Assembly: GCA_037445065.1 (NCBI GenBank)
Contig: JBBILD010000026.1
Location: 1-50,255 of the forward strand
Length of the DNA stretch: 50,255 nt
Direction: 5' to 3'
Source: Myxococcales bacterium
Lineage (GTDB): Bacteria; Desulfobacterota; Binatia; HRBIN30
Shown here: positions 1 through 8,690 of the stretch, one piece after another
Layout: the number at the start of each line of letters is the position of its first letter
Position numbering within the stretch: position 1 is the stretch's first letter
Program-made: the position numbers and the translations under genes
The notes under the pieces: model-generated
Database searches by the model: none
What the model saw: only the letters and a program-made list of their open reading frames with translations
What the model was told of the DNA's origin: nothing

Positions 1-1196
1 GGCCGGCACACCGCCGTGCTCTTCTGGTCCACCGGACACACCGGGCTCGTGCCCGTGCAGAATTCCGCCAGGTCGCAGTCACCCGCGGAGGGGCGGCACA
101 CGGTGCTCGGCGGAGCCACCTGATCTGGCGGGCAGTTTTGGTTGAAACCATCGCAGTAATCGGTCACGTCGCACACTCCCACGGAGGGGCGGCACACGGT
201 GGTGTTAGGAGCAATCGGGTGCGTGCAGTTGTTGCTCACGCCATCGCAGATATCCAAGCGGCACGGAAATCCGTCATCGGAGCAAGCGGTGCCTGCCGGC
301 TTCTTCGCATCGCCGGGGCAGGTGGCCGCTGTCCCGGTGCAAAACTCGGCCTGATCGCACTCCCCGGCGGCGCTGCGGCACACCGTGGAACTCGAGGCAA
401 AGGTGCAGTTCGCGGTGCAGCAAACGCTGCCCGAGATCCCTGGGTCGCACTGTTCGCCGACGCTCGAGTCGATCACACCGTTCCCGCACAGAGCCGTGAA
501 CGTCACGGTCACGAAGTGGCCGTCGTTCGCCTGCGTGCGGGAGGGATCGCCCGGGTAGCCGCACACGCTGCAGCCGGTGGTGGTGCCGTTCTGCTCGCCC
601 AAGCGTACCGCCGCCTCGCACGAGTTGCTGCGTACGTTTGCCGTCCACGTGAAGGTGAGCGTGTGGTTCTTGGTCACGCCATTGCTCACGCCGACGATTT
701 GTGCGTTGTTGCCTAAACTAAAGCTGCCGCTCCCCGGGGCCGAAATGCCGAGTCCGCCCGAGATCAGCGTACCACCCGACTGGCTGCCGGAGACGGCGGA
801 CATGTTGGTGCTGCCGTCGCAACCGACCGCGTCCGAGTTGACCTCGCGTGCACCCACCAAGCTTTGCGCCACGTCCAGCCGGTAGCCGCCTGGGGTGGTC
901 ACGCTGAAGGAAATGTTGTGCTGAGCCGTGCCGGCCTGGTCGCGCGTGCTGAAGATCCCGACGTCAGCGTTGACATTGAAGGCATACCGGCTGCGGATCT
1001 GAGTGCCGGTTTCGATCTGCTTGGCGACAGAAAAGCCGGTGAACCCCTCGCTGCTGTTCCCCGGGCTACCGCTGCTACCCGCGGTACTGACGGAAAAACC
1101 ACTGATTTGCGCGCCTGCCGGCCCCCCAGCGAGGCACAACCATGCGCAGGTCACAAAGAACTTCACGATCCGTCCACTGATCCTTCGCCGTTGCAT
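1..1196 (-). CDS. Secreted Cys-rich protein with tandem disintegrin-like repeats (3' end runs off the window)
   Basis: Hand translation, absent from the ORF track because no stop falls in the window. ATG at 1196 after a GGAGGG/AAGGGG-rich leader; MQRRRISGRIVKFFVTCAWLCLAGGPAGA signal-like N-terminus; then CGNGVIDSSVGEQCDPG..VCCTANCTF..VCRSAAGECDQAEFCTGTAATCPGD, VCRPSVGVCDVTDYCDG and VCRPSAGDCDLAEFCTG. Confidence 0.85.
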   Translation of the reverse strand, partial: MQRRRISGRIVKFFVTCAWLCLAGGPAGAQISGFSVSTAGSSGSPGNSSEGFTGFSVAKQIETGTQIRSRYAFNVNADVGIFSTRDQAGTAQHNISFSVTTPGGYRLDVAQSLVGAREVNSDAVGCDGSTNMSAVSGSQSGGTLISGGLGISAPGSGSFSLGNNAQIVGVSNGVTKNHTLTFTWTANVRSNSCEAAVRLGEQNGTTTGCSVCGYPGDPSRTQANDGHFVTVTFTALCGNGVIDSSVGEQCDPGISGSVCCTANCTFASSSTVCRSAAGECDQAEFCTGTAATCPGDAKKPAGTACSDDGFPCRLDICDGVSNNCTHPIAPNTTVCRPSVGVCDVTDYCDGFNQNCPPDQVAPPSTVCRPSAGDCDLAEFCTGTSPVCPVDQKSTAVCR

Positions 1197-1316
1197 CGCT
1201 GACCCCTTTTCCCTCCCGATGCGGCTGGCCCTTCGAGCAGCCCCTCTTTTGGCAGATGAAGTTTATAGTCCTTTACCATGCAGCCAGCGCACTTTGTCAA
1301 TACGATTTCTGCAAAG

Positions 1317-1700
1317 CAGCGAACGGCGAACGGGCGTGCTGGCAGCACGGTCTTCCGATCGTGGATGCAGGGGCGGCCGTTGCGGGAGCCAGCGGCGAGC
1401 AGCGAGCGGCGAGCGGTGGGCCAGTGAACGGCGAATGGTGAATGGTGAATGGTGAATGGCGAACGGTGAATGGGCGTATCGCACGTACAACGTGGTGCGA
1501 TGCCGGCCCCGCTGTGCGGCATCCCCTCGGATTCGCAACGCGGGCAGGCACAAGGCCTGCCCCTACGCGCTGTTTGCAGCAGTGCGTCACGAAAAGGCCA
1601 CGCATGTTTCCTGCGCGATGTAGGGGCGGCCCTGGTGGCCGCCCGTGGTGCGATTTGGCGTTCGTGGTCCGACCGTGCGCACGGTGCTACCGACAAGGGA
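1317..1700 (-). repeat. Composite REP/heptamer intergenic repeat, locus A (inverted relative to most copies)
   Basis: GCGAGCG-type 7-mers 1388-1422; seven GYGAAYG 7-mers 1424-1472; REP-A reversed 1542-1566; 53-nt spacer; REP-B 1620-1644. Confidence 0.9.
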
Positions 1701-1731
1701 CCTCGCGTGGACGGCGCGGCGCGCGCGGCCC

Positions 1732-2220
1732 TCAGCCGGTATTCACGGCCGGCCGTTCGCCCGTTCGTTCCCCGGCGGGCTTCTGCGGGTAGAAGTATTT
1801 GAGCAGCAGCGCTGCGTTGTACGCATTCTCCACCCAACGGATCTCGCCGCGATCGAGGGTTAGAACCGTGGCGCCCGCAATCGCCTCTCCCTGCCCTTGC
1901 GGGTAGGCAAGCCATTCGACGACGATGTCGTGTCGGTTCCCGTGTACCGCTTTCAACTCCACGCGGCCTTTGGGGAAGCGCCGCCAAAAGCCAGCGATGT
2001 GGCCGACGGCCGCGGTCGGGCCGAGGACACGTGGCGCGAGGGGGCTTATGTAGCCCGCTGCGGAGCGCAGCAGCGGCTCGACTTGCTCCACGCTGCGGCT
2101 GTTGATTGCCCCGATCCACGCCCGTGCCCAGCGCTCGCGCTCCACCGCATCGAGCCGCCTGCTCATGCAGCCGGGCGACAAGGCACAGCCGACCACGAGC
2201 GTGCTCAGGAAGAGCCGCAC
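1732..2220 (-). CDS. SnoaL/NTF2-like domain putative lipoprotein (start uncertain)
   Basis: GTG start giving MRLFLSTLVVGCALSPGC; NTF2-like pattern WIGAINSRSVEQV..FWRRFP..IVVEW..GATVLTLDRGEI. Confidence 0.6.
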   Translation of the reverse strand: MRLFLSTLVVGCALSPGCMSRRLDAVERERWARAWIGAINSRSVEQVEPLLRSAAGYISPLAPRVLGPTAAVGHIAGFWRRFPKGRVELKAVHGNRHDIVVEWLAYPQGQGEAIAGATVLTLDRGEIRWVENAYNAALLLKYFYPQKPAGERTGERPAVNTG

Positions 2221-2297
2221 GGCGGGCAGGTGCCGCGGCCATCTACTCTTTCGCCGTCTGTGGACTTGCCGCTCGTTGGACGATGCGCGGGCTGGGT

Positions 2298-3449
2298 TCA
2301 AAGCCACTTGCGCCATTTCCTGCGCTCGAGTTCGGCGGTCACGGCACGCACGGACTGGGCCTGCTCTTTGTGGCAGACCAGCACTGCGTCCGAGGTTTCC
2401 ACGACGACCAAGTCGTTCACGCCGACCAGTGCCAGCAGGCGCCCCTGACTCCACGCCAGGCAGCCTTTCGTAGCGACGCTGACGACGCAGCCCTGCAAAG
2501 CGTTGCCGTGCTTGTCCTTGAGCCACAGCTCAGCCAGTTCCTGCCAACTCCCGATGTCGCTCCAGCGGAAGCGCGCCGGCACCACCGCCACTCGCACCGG
2601 CGCGGCAGGCAAGGACGCAACCGGTTCGAGGAGGGCAACGTCCACAGATCGGCTCGGTGCTGCTCGGTACAAGTCGCGCAGGCGCGCCGCTTGCGGCCGC
2701 CCTCCGCGTCCCAGCACAGAACGCCACGTTCCCCAAACTCCCGGCACGCAGGTCTCGGCAGCGGCCACGAAGCTCGGCAGCGACCAAACGAAGAGCCCGC
2801 TGTTCCAAAAAAACTTGCCACTTTGCACGAAACGCCGCGCGGTGCGGGCATCCGGTTTTTCCCGAAAGCGGCGCACCCAAAACGCCTCGTGTTCCCCCTT
2901 ACCCTGGCCGACAGGTTGCCCGCGCTCGATGTAGCCGTAGCCGGTTTCCGGCCGCTGCGGGCGAATGCCGAGCGTGACCAAGCACGGATGCTGCTCGGCA
3001 AGTTGCAGCGCTAGGTGCAAGTCGCGCAAGAACACGCTGTGCGGCTGGATCAAGTGATCCGCGGGGGCGGCGATGAGCAGCGCGTGCGGGTCGCGCTCGG
3101 CAACCCACGCTGCTGCGAACAGTAAGCAAGGGAACGTGTTGCGCGCCTGCGGTTCGGCGAGCACGTTCGCCGCGGGTAGCTCGGGCAGCTCGCGCCGCAC
3201 GGCTGCGGCGTAGCGTTGGTGGGTCACCACCAGCAGCCGCTGCCATCCGACCAGGGGCAGGAGGCGCTCCGCGGTGGTGCGCAACAACGACTCGGCGTTA
3301 AACAGGCGCAAGAACTGCTTTGGCTGCGCCGCCCGGCTCAGCGGCCAGAAGCGCGTGCCCTGTCCTCCCGCCATGATGACCGCGTAGCACGGCGAGCGGT
3401 TGTGCTGTCTTTTCTCCCTTTTCTCCCTGGTCGCGCGGGCGCGGGCCAC
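2298..3449 (-). CDS. manC: Mannose-1-phosphate guanylyltransferase
   Basis: VIMAGGQGTRFWPLSR..PKQFL, EPQARNT, PADH, PETGYGYI, FREKPD, WNSG and WSDIGSW motifs. Confidence 0.93.
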   Translation of the reverse strand: MARARATREKREKRQHNRSPCYAVIMAGGQGTRFWPLSRAAQPKQFLRLFNAESLLRTTAERLLPLVGWQRLLVVTHQRYAAAVRRELPELPAANVLAEPQARNTFPCLLFAAAWVAERDPHALLIAAPADHLIQPHSVFLRDLHLALQLAEQHPCLVTLGIRPQRPETGYGYIERGQPVGQGKGEHEAFWVRRFREKPDARTARRFVQSGKFFWNSGLFVWSLPSFVAAAETCVPGVWGTWRSVLGRGGRPQAARLRDLYRAAPSRSVDVALLEPVASLPAAPVRVAVVPARFRWSDIGSWQELAELWLKDKHGNALQGCVVSVATKGCLAWSQGRLLALVGVNDLVVVETSDAVLVCHKEQAQSVRAVTAELERRKWRKWL

Positions 3450-3452
3450 GGC

Positions 3453-4319
3453 TCAAGTGCCCTCGCCGCGGGCGGCGGTGCTCAGCGGCGCCGGAGCGCA
3501 AAAGGGCTCGATGGCGCGCAGCGTATCTTCCCATCCTGCCACAGGAACGGCGCGTACCGGGCAAGGGCGATCACCGTTCCACTGTTCGATCCAATCGAGC
3601 ACGGCGCTGTCGTTGCCGAGCGGGTGCAGGGCATCGCCGAAGTACCACACCTCACTAGCCCCCTCTGCGAGCAAGGCACGTAAGGGGAAGCTCTTGTCGT
3701 GTCCCTGGATGACGAGATCGAACGAGGTCTGACCACCGAGGGTCACGCGCAAGCCGAAGCGCTCTTGCCAGGGCCGCGTTTCCTCGCGCAGGCGGGCGAG
3801 CAAGCGCTCGCGGTAGGCGGTGCGCCGATCAAAGGCGACGAAGGCGGCGCGATTGGCATGGTCTTGAGCGTCGAGCCGTTCGGGCCGCCCCATCGGTGCG
3901 AGGTTGATCATGCTGCCGCGGTCAATGATGCGAGGGCCGCGCACGGTAACGCCGGAGCCAGCCAGCGAAAACTCCGGCTCGTCGAGCAGACGAGCGAGCA
4001 AGGAGGTGAGTTCGGCAAGGCTCTCCGGCCCCAAGTGATCGCGTAGGCGGAAGCAGAAGAGCGGCTCGATCGCGAGCGAGCGCCCGAGCCGGCAGCGGTA
4101 CCGATCGGCACCATTGCAAACGAAGGCATCGAGTTCGCCACGGAAGCCAGAGGCGAGCAGCGGCTCGAGGAGCTGCTCGCGGACCAAGGGCAAATCACTG
4201 CCGGCGGCCAAGTGAAAGGGGACCGCGAGGCGGTGGAGGGCAGTTGCCATTTCCGGCAAAAGCGGTTTGCGCGGCGGGGTAAGGGTATTGTCCACATCGA
4301 ACACCAGCACGCAGCCCAT
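3453..4319 (-). CDS. Eukaryote-type HAD-IIB phosphomannomutase (PMM2/Sec53-like)
   Basis: FDVDNTLT, GSDL, CNG, RGSMINLAPMGR, GGQTSFD, GHDK and YFGD..GND motifs; ends 3 nt before manC. Confidence 0.85.
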   Translation of the reverse strand: MGCVLVFDVDNTLTPPRKPLLPEMATALHRLAVPFHLAAGSDLPLVREQLLEPLLASGFRGELDAFVCNGADRYRCRLGRSLAIEPLFCFRLRDHLGPESLAELTSLLARLLDEPEFSLAGSGVTVRGPRIIDRGSMINLAPMGRPERLDAQDHANRAAFVAFDRRTAYRERLLARLREETRPWQERFGLRVTLGGQTSFDLVIQGHDKSFPLRALLAEGASEVWYFGDALHPLGNDSAVLDWIEQWNGDRPCPVRAVPVAGWEDTLRAIEPFCAPAPLSTAARGEGT

Positions 4320-4468
4320 GAGAGCGCTTCTGCTAGCGCACAGCGATAGAGGCAATCAACCGGAAACCGCAGGCAGCAGCGCCTACGAGTGCGCCCTGGA
4401 GCAGGCCGCGCCGTAAGCGCCCGGCCCACGACCCGCGCGGCAACTGGATCTGACCGGAGTGCGCGGCC

Positions 4469-4972
4469 TCAATCCTCCCAGGTGACTTCGGCGGCACGGA
4501 AGCAGACGCCGGGGCCCGTCAAGGTCAGGTGCAATACGTAGCGGAACGGCTCGCGCACCGTTTCTGCCGGCTCGATCGAGGCGGCCACCGGGCTGCCGTG
4601 CGGCTTGGGAAGCGACATCGGTGTGATGACGACCAGATCCGAGGTGGCCACGCCAACACGATAAAGCGCGAGGGCTCCGAAGGCCGTGTCCGAACCGTCC
4701 TCGAAGTAAGCGCGCAGGTTCGTGAGGCGCGTGCCCGCCGGCAAATCGAGCACCGCCGTAAAGTAGCCGGCACCGCGCGCCATGCAGAGGTCGGCGAGCC
4801 CGGACATCCGGCGGTAGTATGCGACTCCGTGATTGGCGGGATGGAACTGCGCGGGCAACACGAGCAGCGTCCGTTCCCCTGCTTGGGCCGCAGTGGGAGC
4901 GAAAGCGAGCGCCAACCCGATCAGGCACATTGCCCTCCGCCCCACCCGCATCCACGGCTGCCAACCACTCAT
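4469..4972 (-). CDS. Hypothetical secreted protein
   Basis: ATG after GGGGAG; signal-like CLIGLALAFAPTAAQA; beta-rich body (LDLPAGTRLTNLRAYFED). Confidence 0.65.
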   Translation of the reverse strand: MSGWQPWMRVGRRAMCLIGLALAFAPTAAQAGERTLLVLPAQFHPANHGVAYYRRMSGLADLCMARGAGYFTAVLDLPAGTRLTNLRAYFEDGSDTAFGALALYRVGVATSDLVVITPMSLPKPHGSPVAASIEPAETVREPFRYVLHLTLTGPGVCFRAAEVTWED

Positions 4973-5082
4973 CGTTGACTCCCCTGCCAAAGTGCATCCG
5001 CGAAAGCAAGGAACATGCGAAGCGAGGCAGCGAGCTGACCAGGCTCGCGCCACGCCTTCCGAGCTGCGGGTCTGGGCTGCCC

Positions 5083-5283
5083 GATCGCACCACGCATGCC
5101 GAATCGCACCACGGGCGGCCACAAGGGCCGTCCCTACACGGCCAGGGGGACATGCGGTGCCATAGGGCGGTAGGTGTTTCATCACAAGGTTGGGTGTCCA
5201 CGGAACGGTGCCCGCCCATTCGCGATTCGCCATTCGCCCGGGGTGGCGCGGGCCGCCGCCACGAGGTGGGTGTCGAGGGAACA
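5083..5283 (+). repeat. Composite repeat, locus B
   Basis: REP-B reversed 5113-5137; GGTGTTTCATCACAAGGTTGGGTGTCCACGGAAC 5173-5206; CCATTCG-type 7-mers 5216-5236; closely similar to 13652-13749. Confidence 0.88.
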
Positions 5284-5558
5284 ATGGAACACCGCTTGAC
5301 TAACCGCGCTGGATCTGAGCAAGAGCGTCGGTCATCGTAGAAACTCGATGATGGACCCCGTACTGAAAGCTTTCCCGCCCGCTCGCCGCTCGCTGCCACT
5401 GTGCAAGGGCCGGTCCCGAACGTGTCGGTGCGCCTCCTGGCGTGGGTTGCCTCGCCGGCGAGCGTTGCGTTTCATCGAGCGAGCGAGGCACCGGCAGCAA
5501 TCGTGCGTCCTGTCACCCGGGTGCCCGCGCAAACGGCTCGCCAAGGAGCAGAGGCAGA

Positions 5559-8066
5559 ATGAGGGATGAGGATTGGCAGGTGCTGAGCTGGCGCTCTTAC
5601 GCAGGCTTATTCCTGGTTTGTTGCGCCACGCTGCTCACCGAGATCGTGCTGACTCGCTACTTCTCGTTTACGATCTGGTATCACTTCGCGTACATGGCGA
5701 TTAGCGTCGCGCTGCTCGGCTACGGCGCGGCGGGGTCGGTCTACTACGCATGGCCAACTCTGACCCGGCGCGGCATCGAGACCACGCTCGGCTGGATTTC
5801 GCTGTTCGCAGCAATGGCCTCGGTGATTGCCCTCCTGATCGCCGCGAGGATTCCCTTCGATCCGTTCTTGCTTTTCGCGCAGGGACGGCCGACGCTGGCG
5901 GCGAGCCCCGCGCAAGTGTTGTATCTGCTGGCCCTTTACGTGACCGTCACCGTCCCGTTTTTCCTCGCCGGGCTGGCGGTCACTGTGGTGTTGAGTCACA
6001 GCGGCAAGCGAGCCGGGAAGTTTTACTTTGCCGACTTGCTCGGCGCCGGCATCGGCTGCGCCCTGGCGGTTTACCTGCTCACTCCGCTCGGTGCTCCGGG
6101 AGTGGTGCTCGCCGCCAGCGTCTTGTTCGCCATCGCTGCGTTTTTGTGGGCGAACGAGCGGGCGAGTGTACGCGCCCTCGCCTTCCTTTGGGCGGCCTTT
6201 GTGTTGTTGCTTTCCGGGCCGCTCTCGCGCGCAAGCGAGGGGCGCCCGTCGAGCAACAAGTTCCTGGCGCGGCTTCTGAACAACCCAGACACGCAGCGCC
6301 TCTTCTCGGCGTGGAGCCCCGTTTATCGGGTGGACGTGTTGGCGGGCAAACCCGATCGGCCGTGGCGGATGGGGCGGGCGGCAGCGTGGGGGATCAGCCC
6401 GAAATTCCAGGGCCAACCGCCGGAAAACATGGTGATCACGCACGACGGCGACGCCTCCACGATGATGTACCGGTACGATGGCAACCCGGAAGTCATGAGC
6501 ATCCTCGATTACTCGATTCTGCGCTTCCCCTACCTCACCCTCTCGCAGCCGAATGTGCTCATTGTGGGCGTTGGCGGCGGGGTAGATGTGCATGCGGCGC
6601 TGCGCTTCGGGGCCCGGCACATCACGGGCGTGGAACTCAACCCGGTGACGGTGGAGACTTTGCTCACGCGCTTCGTGGACTACAACGGCGGCGTGTTCCT
6701 GCGGCCCAACGTGCGGGTGATCAACGACGAGGGGCGCAACTTCATCCGCAACAGCCGAGAGCACTACGACCTCGTCGAGTTCACCGGCATTGACACGTTG
6801 GCGGCGGTTTATTCCGGGGCGTACGTGCTGGCAGAGAGCTACCTGTACACCAAGGAGGCGATGCGGGAGTACTGGGAGCGGCTGAGCCCGACCGGGGTGA
6901 TCTCATTCGTGCGCGGCGACTGGGGCTTTGCCGATCGCCCGCCGATCCAGCTTATGCGGCTTGCCAACGTAGCCTTGGAGACTCTGCAAGAGGCAGGCGT
7001 CGCTAATCCCCGGCAGCACCTGCTTATTGTCAGCTCGCGGCCGCGACCAGGAGTGCCCGGTCCACCGATTTTCAATTTGCAGATCCGCAAGGCGCCGTTC
7101 GAGGCGTCCATCCTACAGCCGATTTTGCGTCATGCCGCCGAGTACGGTTACGAAATTTGGTACGCGCCCGACCAACCTCGGGACAATCCTCTTGCCCGCC
7201 TGATCCAACCCGATCCGGTGGCTCGCGCCGTGCTGCTCGACAGCCTGCCCTACAACGTGTCCGCGCCCACCGACGACCAGCCCTTTTTCTTCAACTTCTT
7301 GAAGTGGTCGCGCTTGGGGGTCGCGCTGTGGCAGCGCTCGGACTACACGTTCGCCTCCGGCCAGCTCGTGCTGCTGGTCATCTTGATCCAGGCAGCTCTC
7401 CTTGCTGCGGCCTTTGTCTTGTTACCGCTGCTGCGCGTGCGCACCGGGGCGCTGGCAGTGCGGCCGTGGCCGTATTTGGCCTACTTCAGTGCGCTCGGCT
7501 TCGGTTTCATCCTCATCGAGATCAGTTACGTGCAGCGCTTCACGCTATTTCTGGGTTCACCGGTCTACTCCCTAGCGGTGATCATCGCCGCGATGCTGGT
7601 ATTTGCGGCTTGCGGCAGCTTCACCACGGGCGCGATTTTGCAGCGGCTTTCCGCACCACGTGCGATTTTGCTCCTGCTTGCCGCTCTCGCCGCGATCAAT
7701 CTGCTGTACGCCGCAACTCTGCCGGCCATCCTGCAAGCGTTTCTGGGCAGCGCCTTTGCAATGCGGGTGATCGTGACTCTGCTGCTGCTCGCGCCGCTTG
7801 CCGCGCTCATGGGCACGTTCCTGCCGATCGGGCTACAGGTGTTGGACCGTAGAGCCCCGGCGTTGATTCCGTGGGCCTGGGCGGTCAACGGGGTCACCTC
7901 GGTGGTGGGCTCGATTCTCTGCATCTTGCTGGCCATGGTGGTCGGGTTCCGCGCCGTGAACTTGCTGGCGCTCGGCATCTACATCGCCGGAGGGCTGGCA
8001 CTGGTGTCGGCGCAGCGCCGTCCACAGGCCGAGGCTGCGGTTGCCCCCAAGCGCAGCGCGGCGTGA
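5559..8066 (+). CDS. Polytopic membrane protein with a central spermidine-synthase-like SAM-dependent domain
   Basis: N- and C-terminal TM blocks; VLIVGVGGGVD, VELNP, DEGRNF, ESYLYTKEA, PTDDQPFFF and WAWAVNG motifs; AGGAG/GAGG upstream of the ATG. Confidence 0.85.
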   Translation: MRDEDWQVLSWRSYAGLFLVCCATLLTEIVLTRYFSFTIWYHFAYMAISVALLGYGAAGSVYYAWPTLTRRGIETTLGWISLFAAMASVIALLIAARIPFDPFLLFAQGRPTLAASPAQVLYLLALYVTVTVPFFLAGLAVTVVLSHSGKRAGKFYFADLLGAGIGCALAVYLLTPLGAPGVVLAASVLFAIAAFLWANERASVRALAFLWAAFVLLLSGPLSRASEGRPSSNKFLARLLNNPDTQRLFSAWSPVYRVDVLAGKPDRPWRMGRAAAWGISPKFQGQPPENMVITHDGDASTMMYRYDGNPEVMSILDYSILRFPYLTLSQPNVLIVGVGGGVDVHAALRFGARHITGVELNPVTVETLLTRFVDYNGGVFLRPNVRVINDEGRNFIRNSREHYDLVEFTGIDTLAAVYSGAYVLAESYLYTKEAMREYWERLSPTGVISFVRGDWGFADRPPIQLMRLANVALETLQEAGVANPRQHLLIVSSRPRPGVPGPPIFNLQIRKAPFEASILQPILRHAAEYGYEIWYAPDQPRDNPLARLIQPDPVARAVLLDSLPYNVSAPTDDQPFFFNFLKWSRLGVALWQRSDYTFASGQLVLLVILIQAALLAAAFVLLPLLRVRTGALAVRPWPYLAYFSALGFGFILIEISYVQRFTLFLGSPVYSLAVIIAAMLVFAACGSFTTGAILQRLSAPRAILLLLAALAAINLLYAATLPAILQAFLGSAFAMRVIVTLLLLAPLAALMGTFLPIGLQVLDRRAPALIPWAWAVNGVTSVVGSILCILLAMVVGFRAVNLLALGIYIAGGLALVSAQRRPQAEAAVAPKRSAA

Positions 8067-8304
8067 GGGCGGGCGGGTTGCCGGGGTAAGCGCCGCGCGC
8101 CAACCCCGGCCGGTATGGGGCAAGGCTTTCCGCGTTGCGTGGCGATGGTGCCAAGGTGGATGTTCGGCAGCAGCGCGGCGGTGGAAACACGGGCGGCACC
8201 GCGCCTCTCCGGTACCGGCGCGCGGACGATCGGTTCGCCGTGGCGCCCACACCACGTGCGGCACCGGGGACACCTTGGCAGGCACCACCACCTGCCCCAT
8301 CGGA

Positions 8305-8545
8305 GCACTGTGCCGGCGCTACGCCCATTCACCATTCACCATTCGCCATTCACCATTCGCCCGTGGTGGCGCGGCCCCCCCCACCACGACGTGGGTGTCC
8401 AGGGAACGCACGCCGTCGCCAAGGAAATGTGGGGCAGGCCTTGTGCCTGCCCGTGTTTCGAATCCGACGGGATGCCGCATCGCGGGCCCAGACACGGCAC
8501 CTCGTTGTGCGTGCGATACGCCCATTCGCCATTCGCGATTCGCCC
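8305..8545 (+). repeat. Composite repeat, locus C
   Basis: Five CCATTCR 7-mers 8325-8359; GTGGGTGTCCAGGGAAC at 8391; REP-A lacking the A of GTAG 8429-8452; further 7-mers 8522-8542; nearly collinear with 39695-39885. Confidence 0.9.
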
Positions 8546-8690
8546 GCCCCACCGCCCACGGCACAAAGTAGGTATCCTCAGAGCAACACGTGATTCCGCA
8601 TGCTCCACCAATGGCATCATCCATTCGCCGCTTGACGCCGGTGTTCGCGGCCGCCACAAAGGCGGCCACAGTTTCCATGCGGAGAGGATC

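Noticed and set aside
1270..1300. Sigma-70 promoter for the disintegrin-like gene (TTGACA on the minus strand at 1300-1295)
   Set aside because: No convincing -10 hexamer at 16-18 nt spacing
8115..8690. Long N-terminal extension of the sulfatase-like ORF, and other ORFs containing HSPFTIHHSPF or MVNGEW
   Set aside because: These are translations of the 7-mer/REP repeats; the RBS and lipoprotein signal point to ATG 8691
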